A model generated the notes under the pieces. The model saw only the letters and a program-made list of their open reading frames with translations, did not search any database and was not told where the DNA came from. The position numbers and the translations under genes were made by a program. Below, in pieces: positions 52,221 through 61,954 of a stretch of 64,000 bases of DNA (the first letter of the stretch is position 1; the number at the start of each line of letters is the position of its first letter). This stretch comes from an uncultured candidate division Zixibacteria bacterium (lineage in GTDB: Bacteria; Zixibacteria; MSB-5A5; UBA10806; 4484-95). The stretch is taken from contig CAXXKA010000008.1 in the NCBI GenBank assembly GCA_963668625.2, forward strand, positions 1,312,001-1,376,000. Direction: 5' to 3'.

Positions 52221-55200
52221 ATGCGGCTTATATTTAAGACGGTTTTGATATCAGTGATTGTATTGCAAGCATCACTCGTTTTTGCTTTTACACCGTCCGG
52301 TTTACTTGAGGTTCACTATATAAATGTTCAGCAGGGCGGCTCTACGCTTATTATCGGCCCTGATGGAACAACTATATTGATGGATGCGGGCGAAAATGGT
52401 AAAGGGACTAGTGAGGTTATTCCATATTTGCAGTCAATCGGATTGACCACATCTGATGATTTGGACTACATTATTGCCGGACACCTTCACAGCGACCATA
52501 TCGGTGGTATAGAAGAAGTGATTTATGGCGGTTATAATGTTTTAAGCGCAGTGTACTATAGTGGTAGTGCCTATTCTAATTCTGTGGTGACGAGTTTTAA
52601 AACTGCCGCAAACTCGACTACCGGCGGCCTTCAAGTGATTGCTCTTAACTCGGTTATTGATCTAGGCGATGGAGCAACCGCCAGGTGTGTTGCAACGAAC
52701 GGATATGTTTTAGGCGGCGACAGTAATTTGGCCGGCAGTAATGAGAATGATAGAAGTATAGCCATACTTGTTACCTATGGTGATTTTGAATATATATTCG
52801 CCAGTGATTTAAGTGGTGGTGATGATGACGAATGGTGTACCTACCGTCACACGGCAACCAATTACCACAATATCGAAACCCCTTTATCCGATTCTCTGGT
52901 TCATCCACGATTTGGTCTTCTGGATGATGGATACGGGCTTGAGGTCATGCATGTCAACCATCATGGCAGCGAAAGCGCCATGAATAGCGATTACATGAAC
53001 AACCTGCATCCTGCGGTAGCCTGTATTTCGCTTGGCTGGGGACAACCGGATGGCTGGGATTTTCCCAGGCATGACATTCTTGATAATGTACTTTTAGCTG
53101 AAGCTCCCGGTGGATGCGTAACAGCCGATCCGGCGTTAGTATTGCAGACCGAAGAGGGTTCAGGCGGACCCGATACGTATAGAAGCTATAGAGGTTACGC
53201 CGTGGGTGATATAATTATCACTACTAATGGCGAGGCATTGTATTGGATCGAAGCTACCGGAGCGGTTTCAGGCGGCCCAGACGAGAGAAGCTCCGCCGGC
53301 TTACCGCGGTATTTCCCACTCGATGAGGATGCTGGTGACGCGACAGCGCCGTCAGCGATAAGCAATCTCTCGGCGGTTGGTGGCCCCAATACCGATGAGA
53401 TCACATTGAGTTGGACAGCTACCGGTGATGACAACGGCACCGGTACGGCGGCTCTTTACGATATAAGATATCGATTGTATTCGCAGGGGCCGATTGACTC
53501 CGAATCCGATTTTAACTCGGCTATGGAGGTGGATGGCGAATCTTTCCCGCAAGCTTCCGGCTCATCGGAAAGCTTCACGATCTCCGGTCTCACCTATGGC
53601 GAGAGTTACTATTTCGCTATTAAGGCAATCGATGATAATCTCAACGAGAGCGATATCTCCAACAGCCCTACCGCGACCGCCGGATTGATTACAGCCGGTT
53701 TCAACGGCGATATGGAGTTCTGGGATGACAACGGCATGAGTGGACCTCCGGATAATTGGAATGTTTTAACCTCCAGTATCAATGCCATACAGGAAAGCGG
53801 CACGGTGCATGGCGGAAGTTATAGCGCCGAGGTTACCTGGACATCCGAAATCCAGGCTGATTGCGAATTTTACTCCAATGTTATGACAATAACCGAAGGT
53901 GAATTTTATACCTGCAGCCTTTATGTTTACGATAACGATCCGGCAGGTCATGTTGCCCTGTATTATAAATGGGATACGGAAAATTCATGGGGACCAACCA
54001 CCTACAATTCTGACCTGGCTGATTGGCAATTGTTAACTTACACCGTCCAGGCGCCGGTTGGCGCAACTACTCTTGAGGTCGTGTTCAGGTGCTATGATCT
54101 AGCTGCCTCATGGGATGGCGATGCCACTATTTATCTTGATGATATCACCCTGGATGAAGGTTTCGTTGGCAATCTTCCGCCGGAATTCGGAGGCATATAT
54201 CGCTATCCTTACCCGGTTGTATATCCTGAGGATAACGTAGCGGTCAGAGCGGAGATAATAGATGATGGATTACTTCCCAAAGATAGCCTGTATTACCAGA
54301 TGTCGACCCTGTTGACTTATACGGCAGTTGGGCATGATAGTATCGGAACCGCTAATGAGGATTATTACTGGTATACGATTCCGGCCGCTTCCGTGGGAAC
54401 CCTGGTCGAATATTATATCGTCGCCGAGGATGATTCCTCCCAGCGAATAGAGTCATCGGTAATGAGCTACGGAATAAGCGAACATCCATCCAATGATTTA
54501 CCGAACGGTGATTTCGAACTATGGACCGTTAACGGCGCCGGTGGCCCTCCCGATAACTGGGTTCTGAATACCGGCGGTTATGAGGCTACACAGGAAGGCT
54601 CGACCGTTCATGGCGGCAATTACAGCTGTAACCTCACCTGGACCAGCCAATCGACTCAAAGTATGAATTCCGAACCGTTGACAATTACTCCCGGTGAGAC
54701 ATATTCCTGCAGTGTTTATGTTTATGATAATGATCCGGCCGGAAGATTCCGTTTATGTTTCATCTCCTCGGATGGTAATAACAGTTACCCCGAAAACTAT
54801 TCCAGCGATCAAGCCGGTTGGCAGCATTTAGGTTATACATGGGTGGCGCCCGCGACATCGGAGTGGGTGATAGTACAACCCCGTATGTACGATGTCAGCA
54901 GCAGTTGGGACGGCAATGCCACGGTTTATATAGATGATATAGTGTTCTCCGATACGTCAACCGGTCAGCAAGAAAATACTATCTATGAAGTTCAATTCAA
55001 CAACTCCACTCAAGGGTCCGGTGATGACTGTTTCAGCTCGCCGTACGTTTCGCAGTCGATTTCATTGACCGGCACGGTAGTAGCTATTCAGCAAGGAGAG
55101 CATCCCAACTACTTCCTTCAGGATTGCACGACGGGGCTATGGAACGGCATATATGTCTACGATGATACCCGCAGCCTGACACTGGGACAGAATATATCGA

Positions 55201-56222
55201 TAAGCGGTACGGTTTCCGAATATTATGGCCTGACCGAGTTAACCAACACCGCTAATTTCGTATCTAACTCCTCAGGAAACGCTATTTGCACAACCCTGGT
55301 TACCTCCGATGAGCTTAATGAGGCATGTAACGCCGGCAGTGAGGCGTACGAGGGTATGCTGGTGAGGTTAAACGATGTCACCTGCGTCGTTGGGCCGGAT
55401 AGTTATGGTGTCGGTTATTTGAAATCCTCGGGCGCAACTGACTCGTGCTTATTCGATGATGATATGCACGCTTACGGTACCGACCACCCGGTCGATTTCG
55501 TGGCCGGCCAGACTTATAGCTACGTGATAGGAGTCGTGCAGTACTTATACGGCCAGTACAAGGTAAATCCACGCTTCGCTTCTGATGTCGTTATTTCTGG
55601 AAACGATCCGCCTGCTATTTCGAATATCACTCGCTACCCGAGCGGATCGGTTTATTACGATGATAATGTTATAGTCAGTGCACAGATTGCGGATGACGGC
55701 ATGGTGACGAAAGACAGTATCTATGTCGAAACGATAGCCGCAAGCTATACGGCGTTTCCCCATGATAGTGTTAACGGTGATCTCTACTGGTACACTATCG
55801 GAGTTATAGATTCGGGAACGACGGTGAATTACTATATAGTTGCCATTGATGACGCGGATGACAGAACTCAGTCCGGGATCGGAAACTATGTAGTCCAGGG
55901 ACAATCGGGAGATAATTTCGAATATCTTCCCGGTGATGCCAACATGGCCGCCGCAGCCTGGCCGCCGAACGTAATCGGCGCTGATGTTACCTACCTGGTG
56001 AACTATTTCCGGGCAATCGCCAGTCCGTGTCTACTTGACGGTTTCTATGCCTCCGGTGACGCGAACGGCGACTGTGCGGTAATCGGAGCTGATGTGACCT
56101 ACCTCGTTCAGTACTTCCGTGGCGCCAACGATATTCAATACTGCCCGGATTATGAACCGGCCTGGTCCACCCCGGATGAATTACCGGTCAACGAACCGGA
56201 TGGTTGGCCTAACTGCGAATGA
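52221..56222 (+). CDS. Secreted multidomain protein: ComEC-like MBL-fold hydrolase, FN3, two CBM-like, two Ig-like, OB-fold and dockerin-like tail (putative extracellular nuclease)
   Basis: NVQQGGS, MDAG, HLHSDHIGG, NENDRS and HHGS motifs; duplicated NGDxExW...GPPDNW; TIYEVQ...YFLQD...GTVSEYYGLTEL...EAYEGMLV; GDAN repeats. Confidence 0.85.
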   Translation: MRLIFKTVLISVIVLQASLVFAFTPSGLLEVHYINVQQGGSTLIIGPDGTTILMDAGENGKGTSEVIPYLQSIGLTTSDDLDYIIAGHLHSDHIGGIEEVIYGGYNVLSAVYYSGSAYSNSVVTSFKTAANSTTGGLQVIALNSVIDLGDGATARCVATNGYVLGGDSNLAGSNENDRSIAILVTYGDFEYIFASDLSGGDDDEWCTYRHTATNYHNIETPLSDSLVHPRFGLLDDGYGLEVMHVNHHGSESAMNSDYMNNLHPAVACISLGWGQPDGWDFPRHDILDNVLLAEAPGGCVTADPALVLQTEEGSGGPDTYRSYRGYAVGDIIITTNGEALYWIEATGAVSGGPDERSSAGLPRYFPLDEDAGDATAPSAISNLSAVGGPNTDEITLSWTATGDDNGTGTAALYDIRYRLYSQGPIDSESDFNSAMEVDGESFPQASGSSESFTISGLTYGESYYFAIKAIDDNLNESDISNSPTATAGLITAGFNGDMEFWDDNGMSGPPDNWNVLTSSINAIQESGTVHGGSYSAEVTWTSEIQADCEFYSNVMTITEGEFYTCSLYVYDNDPAGHVALYYKWDTENSWGPTTYNSDLADWQLLTYTVQAPVGATTLEVVFRCYDLAASWDGDATIYLDDITLDEGFVGNLPPEFGGIYRYPYPVVYPEDNVAVRAEIIDDGLLPKDSLYYQMSTLLTYTAVGHDSIGTANEDYYWYTIPAASVGTLVEYYIVAEDDSSQRIESSVMSYGISEHPSNDLPNGDFELWTVNGAGGPPDNWVLNTGGYEATQEGSTVHGGNYSCNLTWTSQSTQSMNSEPLTITPGETYSCSVYVYDNDPAGRFRLCFISSDGNNSYPENYSSDQAGWQHLGYTWVAPATSEWVIVQPRMYDVSSSWDGNATVYIDDIVFSDTSTGQQENTIYEVQFNNSTQGSGDDCFSSPYVSQSISLTGTVVAIQQGEHPNYFLQDCTTGLWNGIYVYDDTRSLTLGQNISISGTVSEYYGLTELTNTANFVSNSSGNAICTTLVTSDELNEACNAGSEAYEGMLVRLNDVTCVVGPDSYGVGYLKSSGATDSCLFDDDMHAYGTDHPVDFVAGQTYSYVIGVVQYLYGQYKVNPRFASDVVISGNDPPAISNITRYPSGSVYYDDNVIVSAQIADDGMVTKDSIYVETIAASYTAFPHDSVNGDLYWYTIGVIDSGTTVNYYIVAIDDADDRTQSGIGNYVVQGQSGDNFEYLPGDANMAAAAWPPNVIGADVTYLVNYFRAIASPCLLDGFYASGDANGDCAVIGADVTYLVQYFRGANDIQYCPDYEPAWSTPDELPVNEPDGWPNCE

Positions 56223-56296
56223 ACTCCTGATTCGAGTAATTTGGCTTAGCTACTACTTCTTAAAAGTTGTTCTAGCACTTTAACTTTGAACTACCG

Positions 56297-56322
56297 AAGG
56301 CGGCTCTGAAAAGAGCCGCCTT
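56297..56322 (+). terminator. Hairpin terminator
   Basis: aaggcggctct-gaaa-agagccgcctt perfect stem. Confidence 0.8.
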
Positions 56323-56369
56323 ATTGATATTCGATAGAAAAAGTAATCAAACCAATTTCATTGTCAGAT

Positions 56370-56712
56370 CACCAGTGTCATGGATTAATTTACTATCTTG
56401 ATCATTTTACGGAGTAAAAATCGGCTAAATGATTTCAGAACCGAATTACAAGTTAGCATCAGAATACTGCTCCGCTTTCAAACTGACAAATTTTACCGAA
56501 ATAAGAGTTGGTTCCCCTGGTTTTCGGGCGCTGCGTGGACGAAGTCCTTTGTTCATCCTTGCCCGGCGACATGCCGCATGAAATCAGGTGTCAGGAATGG
56601 ATTCCTGACACCACCGTCATCCAATAAGGACTTTTTCAACAACCCCTCCCGGCCGGGAAGCCATATTACGAAGTAGCGCATCGTAACGAAAAGGAAAGGC
56701 CGGGCAGTAGCG
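56370..56712 (+). mobile_element. Degenerate MITE-1-related element containing a reversed partial MITE-2
   Basis: Left end caccagtgtc; MITE-1-like ttggttcccctggttttcgggcgctgc and ccatattacgaagtagcgcatcgtaacg...ggccgggcagtagcg; about 56537-56646 matches the reverse complement of MITE-2. Confidence 0.65.
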
Positions 56713-57069
56713 GTATATTAACATAGCTAATCCTAGCCCGATGTTTCAGGCTGAAATGTATGATATTCTGAGGCGCACCAAACTAAAGGTCAGGCGCCGG
56801 TGAGTTGAATTATGTATGGAAAGCGGATTCTTCTCGACCGTTATGCAGGTTGTTTTATGGAGTTAAATTGAAAATAAAAAACTGACAACGATGAGGAAAA
56901 GTTATAGAATAATTGAGTACTTAAATAGAAATGCCAGCTGAATGTTTATCGGTAGATTGAGCGCTTGATATGACCTTCATCAGCAAGGATACGTGCGGGG
57001 GATACTATCGGGCCAATAGAATCGTATTAATATTGGTATAATACGAAATAGACCAGGGAGGAAAAGCTA

Positions 57070-57819
57070 ATGCGATTGATTACCGGATCGGAAGACAAGG
57101 CTCTGGTTGCGAAAGCAGCTTCAAGGATATCAGCCGAGTGGCCCGAATTCATGCTTCATGACCCTGTAGCGGATTATCTGGCCGATTGCTACGAATACCT
57201 TCCTGATTTTCAATTTATTATGGTGGAGAAAAACAGCAGTGACGCCCTGGTGATTGTCAATTCGATTCCGCTTTCCTGGAATGATGAGATCGATGAACTA
57301 CCGGATGATGGTTGGGATTGGGCTATGATGAAGGGTATAGATGATTTGCGGTCTGGGGATAAGGTTAACATTCTTTGTGCGTTACAAATCCTCGTGTTCG
57401 GTAAGAATCGTGGCCGTGGGATCAGTCGCATTGCCCTCGAGGCACTGAAAGGAATCGGGCAGTCGCATGGTTTGCCTGAAATGATAGCGCCTGTTCGTCC
57501 AACCAGGAAAAGTGATTATCCTCTGGAGACAATCGAGCAGTATATTAAAAGAACCGACGCCGCCGGTTTTTCCGTTGATTCATGGCTGAGAACTCATCAA
57601 CGGATAGGTGGGAAGATAATTAAACCCTGTCATGCATCAATGAGGATTTCCGGAACGGTTGGCGAATGGAAGAGATGGACCGGCATGAATTTCCCGAAAT
57701 CTGATAGTTACGTGATACCCGGCGCTCTGGTTCCTGTCGAGGTTGACCTGGAATCGGCTACGGGTCAGTATACGGAACCGAATGTTTGGATGCATCACGA
57801 GTCCAACCCAATAACCTAA
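57070..57819 (+). CDS. GNAT-like N-acetyltransferase
   Basis: WPEFMLHD, RGRGIS acetyl-CoA loop, IAPVRPTRK..YP, WLRTHQRIGG and PGALVPV motifs. Confidence 0.8.
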   Translation: MRLITGSEDKALVAKAASRISAEWPEFMLHDPVADYLADCYEYLPDFQFIMVEKNSSDALVIVNSIPLSWNDEIDELPDDGWDWAMMKGIDDLRSGDKVNILCALQILVFGKNRGRGISRIALEALKGIGQSHGLPEMIAPVRPTRKSDYPLETIEQYIKRTDAAGFSVDSWLRTHQRIGGKIIKPCHASMRISGTVGEWKRWTGMNFPKSDSYVIPGALVPVEVDLESATGQYTEPNVWMHHESNPIT

Positions 57820-57917
57820 TCCGTACTTTTATTTATAATTATCGCTTGGATTTTTCAATATATGTACCGGCTCCGTTCAATGTATCAAATGTGGCGGGAA
57901 TATGACGATATAAACAA

Positions 57918-59012
57918 GTGATGGCCATTTGTATACCCACCGATAGAAAGGGGAAGGTGAAAATCAAAAAGTTTAACAGATTTTACTTCAATATTCTCAT
58001 TAATATTGTTTTAGTTTGTGGTTTAACCATCTCCACCGGCCAGGCAAATGAAATAGATGCAGAGAATTATATTCTGAAAGAACAATGGGCGGAAGCCATC
58101 AATGTTCTTCAGGGAGATTCCATCATTACGAAAAATCCTATAGACAGACTTCTATTGGGACATGCTTGTTTGGCAACGAAGCGGCTCAGCGATGCCAGAA
58201 GATGGTTCGACTCGGTGGAGGACGATGGTGATTTATTGTTGTGGGCCGATTGGAATAAAGGACTGCTAAGCAGACATCCCTATAACCCTGTGGCTATCTA
58301 TTTAACTGCCGACGCGATGTGGCGAATCGGAAAAACCGATAAAGCTATAGAGGGATACGAGTTAGCCTTAAAAAAAAGAGAAAACTTCGAACTGGTGCTG
58401 GAAGCCCTCAGAAGAGTATCCGGCAACGAATATTCATCCGGTAAAAATACCTCAAAATATAACAGGATAAAACTGGCATCAGGCGATATACCCGCTTATG
58501 ATGATAATATCGACGGGAGTAGTTCGACTAATACAGATTACCGGAGTAATGGTGCAGGAGATACCAATCCTGGTTTAAAGCATGACGTAAGTCAATATCA
58601 AGATGAGGATTTTGAACGGGCTATATCAGGCTTAAAGAATTCATTGGAAATGGACAAAAAGGATTCTCAAGCATTCAGGAGCCGAGGCCATGCTTTCCAT
58701 AATTTAGGCGAGTATGATAAAGCTATAGCCGACTACGAGATGGCCATAAGTATAGATCCGAATTATTTGGAGGTCTATAATGAGCGCGGTATTCTTTATT
58801 ATGATATAGGACAAATCGATAAGGCTATTTCAGATTTTAGCAGTGCCATTATGATTGATCCTGACTATATACAGGCATATATCAACCGGGGAGTTATATA
58901 TATGGAAACCCTCGGCGAGATTGACAAAGCCTGCGCGGACTGGAAGCGGGCTTGCGAGCTTGGGCAATGTGGAAATTATTCAAAGGCAAAAAGTGATGGT
59001 TACTGCCAATAG
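57918..59012 (+). CDS. Exported tetratricopeptide-repeat protein
   Basis: Signal-like N-terminus; TPRs AFRSRGHAFHNLGEYDKAIADY and VYNERGILYYDIGQIDKAISDF; C-terminal ACADWKRACELG; true start may be GTG near 57957. Confidence 0.85.
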   Translation: MMAICIPTDRKGKVKIKKFNRFYFNILINIVLVCGLTISTGQANEIDAENYILKEQWAEAINVLQGDSIITKNPIDRLLLGHACLATKRLSDARRWFDSVEDDGDLLLWADWNKGLLSRHPYNPVAIYLTADAMWRIGKTDKAIEGYELALKKRENFELVLEALRRVSGNEYSSGKNTSKYNRIKLASGDIPAYDDNIDGSSSTNTDYRSNGAGDTNPGLKHDVSQYQDEDFERAISGLKNSLEMDKKDSQAFRSRGHAFHNLGEYDKAIADYEMAISIDPNYLEVYNERGILYYDIGQIDKAISDFSSAIMIDPDYIQAYINRGVIYMETLGEIDKACADWKRACELGQCGNYSKAKSDGYCQ

Positions 59013-59491
59013 CCGCTATTCTTTTTTGATAAGCATAACATAAACTAATAATAGTTATTAAGATACAGCCCGTAAAAAAGCTTTAGATATCAAATCGCCA
59101 TCTCTTTATATATGTATTTCACATACCGGTTGACAATCGTTCAAGTATGGGGCATGCGCCATAATAATATTGATAAGTTCCTCCGTTTCAGAAAGCTACA
59201 CTCGAATAAGCGGTTGACTACTATAGGATTATCATGACTTTTTAACTCGCAAAACCAGGTCTGACCGGCGGCTGAATCCCGGTTGTCGCTGAGATATCGT
59301 AAGTCTAGTGTTATTAATGAGTTACTAATATGTTATATGGGATACATCCCATACTTTAAATTATCAGGCTTTAATTTTATTACAAGAAATTCTTTAACTC
59401 CTTGATATTTGGCTAATTAGGTTTTCGGGTATCTTCTTTGCTTTTAAGTCCCATTGAAATGGATTGAGATTAACAAGAAAGAGGGGACAGG

Positions 59492-60055
59492 ATGTTTAAT
59501 ATGAAGAAAAACAAGTTAGCCCGGATATTCATATTCAGTGGATGTTTGATGATTATTAGCGCCGCAACGATATTCGCTAATGATTTCGGTGAAATGATCG
59601 CCACTGCCACCGTTAGAGGCGCCATCGTAATCACTGAACATCAACCATTAAATTTTAGTGAAGGCGGCGATCTTTATCAGGGAGTATCGAAATCCGTTGG
59701 TACAGATGAGGCAGGGACAGGTTCATTTATTATTGCTGCCGCGGAGGGCGATAATATCCAGGCCCAGCTTCTTCTGCCTGAATATCTTTGGTGTCCCACT
59801 GCCGGCGTTAAGCAGAAGTTAACTATTTTCTTCGGTACCACCGATGCTGCCTGGGCCAGCGCCGGCGAGGCCGATCCTGAACTTGCGGCAGCCGTAACAG
59901 TTGTGGATCCTACTAATTTGCCAACAATGACGATTGCTCCGCTTATGACTGAAATAAACCTCTTTATAGGTGGAACGGTATATCCCAGCGCTTTTCAGAA
60001 AGCTGGAACTTATACAGGGAGTATCGTGCTTTCGGCCTGGTACGAGGGTGACTGA
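59492..60055 (+). CDS. DUF4402/Csu-like pilin subunit 1
   Basis: Signal peptide, ATATV...ITEHQPLNF N-terminus, QKAGTYTGSIVLSAWY C-terminal strand. Confidence 0.75.
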   Translation: MFNMKKNKLARIFIFSGCLMIISAATIFANDFGEMIATATVRGAIVITEHQPLNFSEGGDLYQGVSKSVGTDEAGTGSFIIAAAEGDNIQAQLLLPEYLWCPTAGVKQKLTIFFGTTDAAWASAGEADPELAAAVTVVDPTNLPTMTIAPLMTEINLFIGGTVYPSAFQKAGTYTGSIVLSAWYEGD

Positions 60056-60494
60056 TAATCCGAAAGCAAAAAACAATTTAATTATCATAAGAACAATTTA
60101 GTGGTTTCCCGGGCTGTAGATAAAATAAATCGACAGCCCATTTATTTTCAAGACTTGCTGGTGTCCGGTCGTTTGCATTGTGGATTAAAACATTCCTCGT
60201 AGGCCTGGTTCCGGAACGAACGGAGTGAATGGAAAATCCGACATTATCACTTACTATTGGCAGCATCGGGTTTCTTCCTCCGGTCGAAACGCGGACTTAT
60301 TCCGGCTAAATAAAACATTTCGAAAAATAGTACTTGCTAATTACTATAGGGAAGAATTAAACAATTAACTGTAGTTCACCGAACATTAGTGCAATTGAGC
60401 AAATAATTTCAAGGCTTAGCGTATTCGATTTTCTTAAGCCGGTATGCCTATTTATTGTTTGACTTGTTCTGATTTAATATCTAAAATTGAAATC

Positions 60495-60959
60495 GTGAAA
60501 TATATTATTCTGATATTAATTTTAATTAACTGGGCTGGATCGTGTTTGGCCCAAACCGTAACTGCTACCAGTGATTTGCTCTTTGGCGATATATACGCGG
60601 GAGTACCCAAGACAATTTTAAAAAGCTCTTCCTCCGAAGCTGCCGAATTTACTGTCACCGGTACACCTGGTGATGAGTTGGTTCTTACCCTTGATCTGCC
60701 TACATATCTTGCTACAACCGGAGCTAATATGCCGGTGTTTTTCAGCAATATCGATTGTGCTATTGATTCGACAAACCCTCCGGATCAATCAGACCCTAGC
60801 GCTGATGACCTAAACCCTCATGAAATATTGACTTACAGGTTCGGGTCGAATGGTCAGCTTAATGTGTGGCTGGGGGGAAGACTTGTTCCGGGACTGGTGC
60901 AAAAGCCAGGTAACTATATGGCTACTATAAGGTTAACTGCTGTATTGACCGGCAACTAA
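60495..60959 (+). CDS. DUF4402/Csu-like pilin subunit 2
   Basis: Signal peptide from GTG 60495; SDLLFG, AAEFTVTG, VWLGG and QKPGNYMATIRLTA motifs. Confidence 0.7.
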   Translation: MKYIILILILINWAGSCLAQTVTATSDLLFGDIYAGVPKTILKSSSSEAAEFTVTGTPGDELVLTLDLPTYLATTGANMPVFFSNIDCAIDSTNPPDQSDPSADDLNPHEILTYRFGSNGQLNVWLGGRLVPGLVQKPGNYMATIRLTAVLTGN

Positions 60960-61145
60960 CCAGCTTATCTAATATCTCCGCTGTCCAGACCTGAATTTTA
61001 TTGGTTTCATCGTGCATATTTTTTTTAAGTTTCGCTAAGGGTTACACTCAAAATGGCGATTTATATAGAAGATGAGAACGATCTTCATAAAACGGGAAAT
61101 ATTTGAAAATAAAATAAAACCTAATCTCAAGGAGGAGAGGGAAAA

Positions 61146-61709
61146 ATGAGTAGAATAAAGAAAAGCAGAATGGCACGGATTGTCGTACTCATTGGTTGTG
61201 CGCTGATAATCGGTGTAGGTACTGCCTTTGCTAATGACGTGTTCGAGATGATAGCAACAGGTACCGTAAGAACTGCTATCGTAATCACGGAACACCAGCC
61301 CTTAAATTTTAGTGAGGGTGGCGATCTTTATCAAGGTGTTTCGAAATCAGTCGGTATCGATGAAGCAGGTACTGGTTCGTTTATTATAACTGCCGCTGAA
61401 GGCGATAATATTCAAGCCCAGCTTCTCCTGCCGGAATACCTATGGTGTGCTACCGCAGGTGTCAAGCAGCGTGTCGATATTTTCTTTGGCCCGACAGATG
61501 CTGCCTGGGATGATACGGGTGATCCTGATCCTGAAACTGCAGTAGGTGCGACCGTTGTCGACCCCACCAGCTTGCCAACAATGACAGTTGCTGCCGGCCA
61601 GACAACAGTTAATCTCTTTCTGGGCGCCACAGTGTATCCGAGCGCTTACCAGAAAGCCGGTGTTTATACGGGTAGCATAATTTTATCAGCCTGGTACGAA
61701 GGTGATTAA
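61146..61709 (+). CDS. DUF4402/Csu-like pilin subunit 3 (close paralog of subunit 1)
   Basis: About 80% identical to the mature part of 59492-60055 by manual alignment; strong RBS. Confidence 0.78.
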   Translation: MSRIKKSRMARIVVLIGCALIIGVGTAFANDVFEMIATGTVRTAIVITEHQPLNFSEGGDLYQGVSKSVGIDEAGTGSFIITAAEGDNIQAQLLLPEYLWCATAGVKQRVDIFFGPTDAAWDDTGDPDPETAVGATVVDPTSLPTMTVAAGQTTVNLFLGATVYPSAYQKAGVYTGSIILSAWYEGD

Positions 61710-61734
61710 TTAAAATAGAGACCTGAATAATTTT

Positions 61735-61765
61735 AAAAGGAACCTGCCTAAGGTTCCTTTTTTTT
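61735..61765 (+). terminator. Intrinsic terminator after pilin 3
   Basis: aaaaggaacct-gccta-aggttcctttt followed by a T run. Confidence 0.85.
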
Positions 61766-61954
61766 GTCCTCGTGATGTAAACTATCCTCATTAAAGTAAA
61801 AAATAGCCTGATAGGATATTGCCTGATTATAATATTTTCCGCCTGATGTTAAAGAAACTAGCATTATGACGATAAGTTAATAAGATTAAGATGTTACGTT
61901 TTGAAACGCTTTTTGGCTGAACACGATTCGGGTAGTATTTGGGAAGTATTGAAG

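Noticed and set aside
59240-59295. Possible c-di-GMP-I riboswitch upstream of the pilins (cgcaaaacc...ggtctga...ggttgtcg)
   Set aside because: The upstream GGCAAA...GAAA tetraloop stem is missing; only a partial resemblance. An Infernal search would settle it
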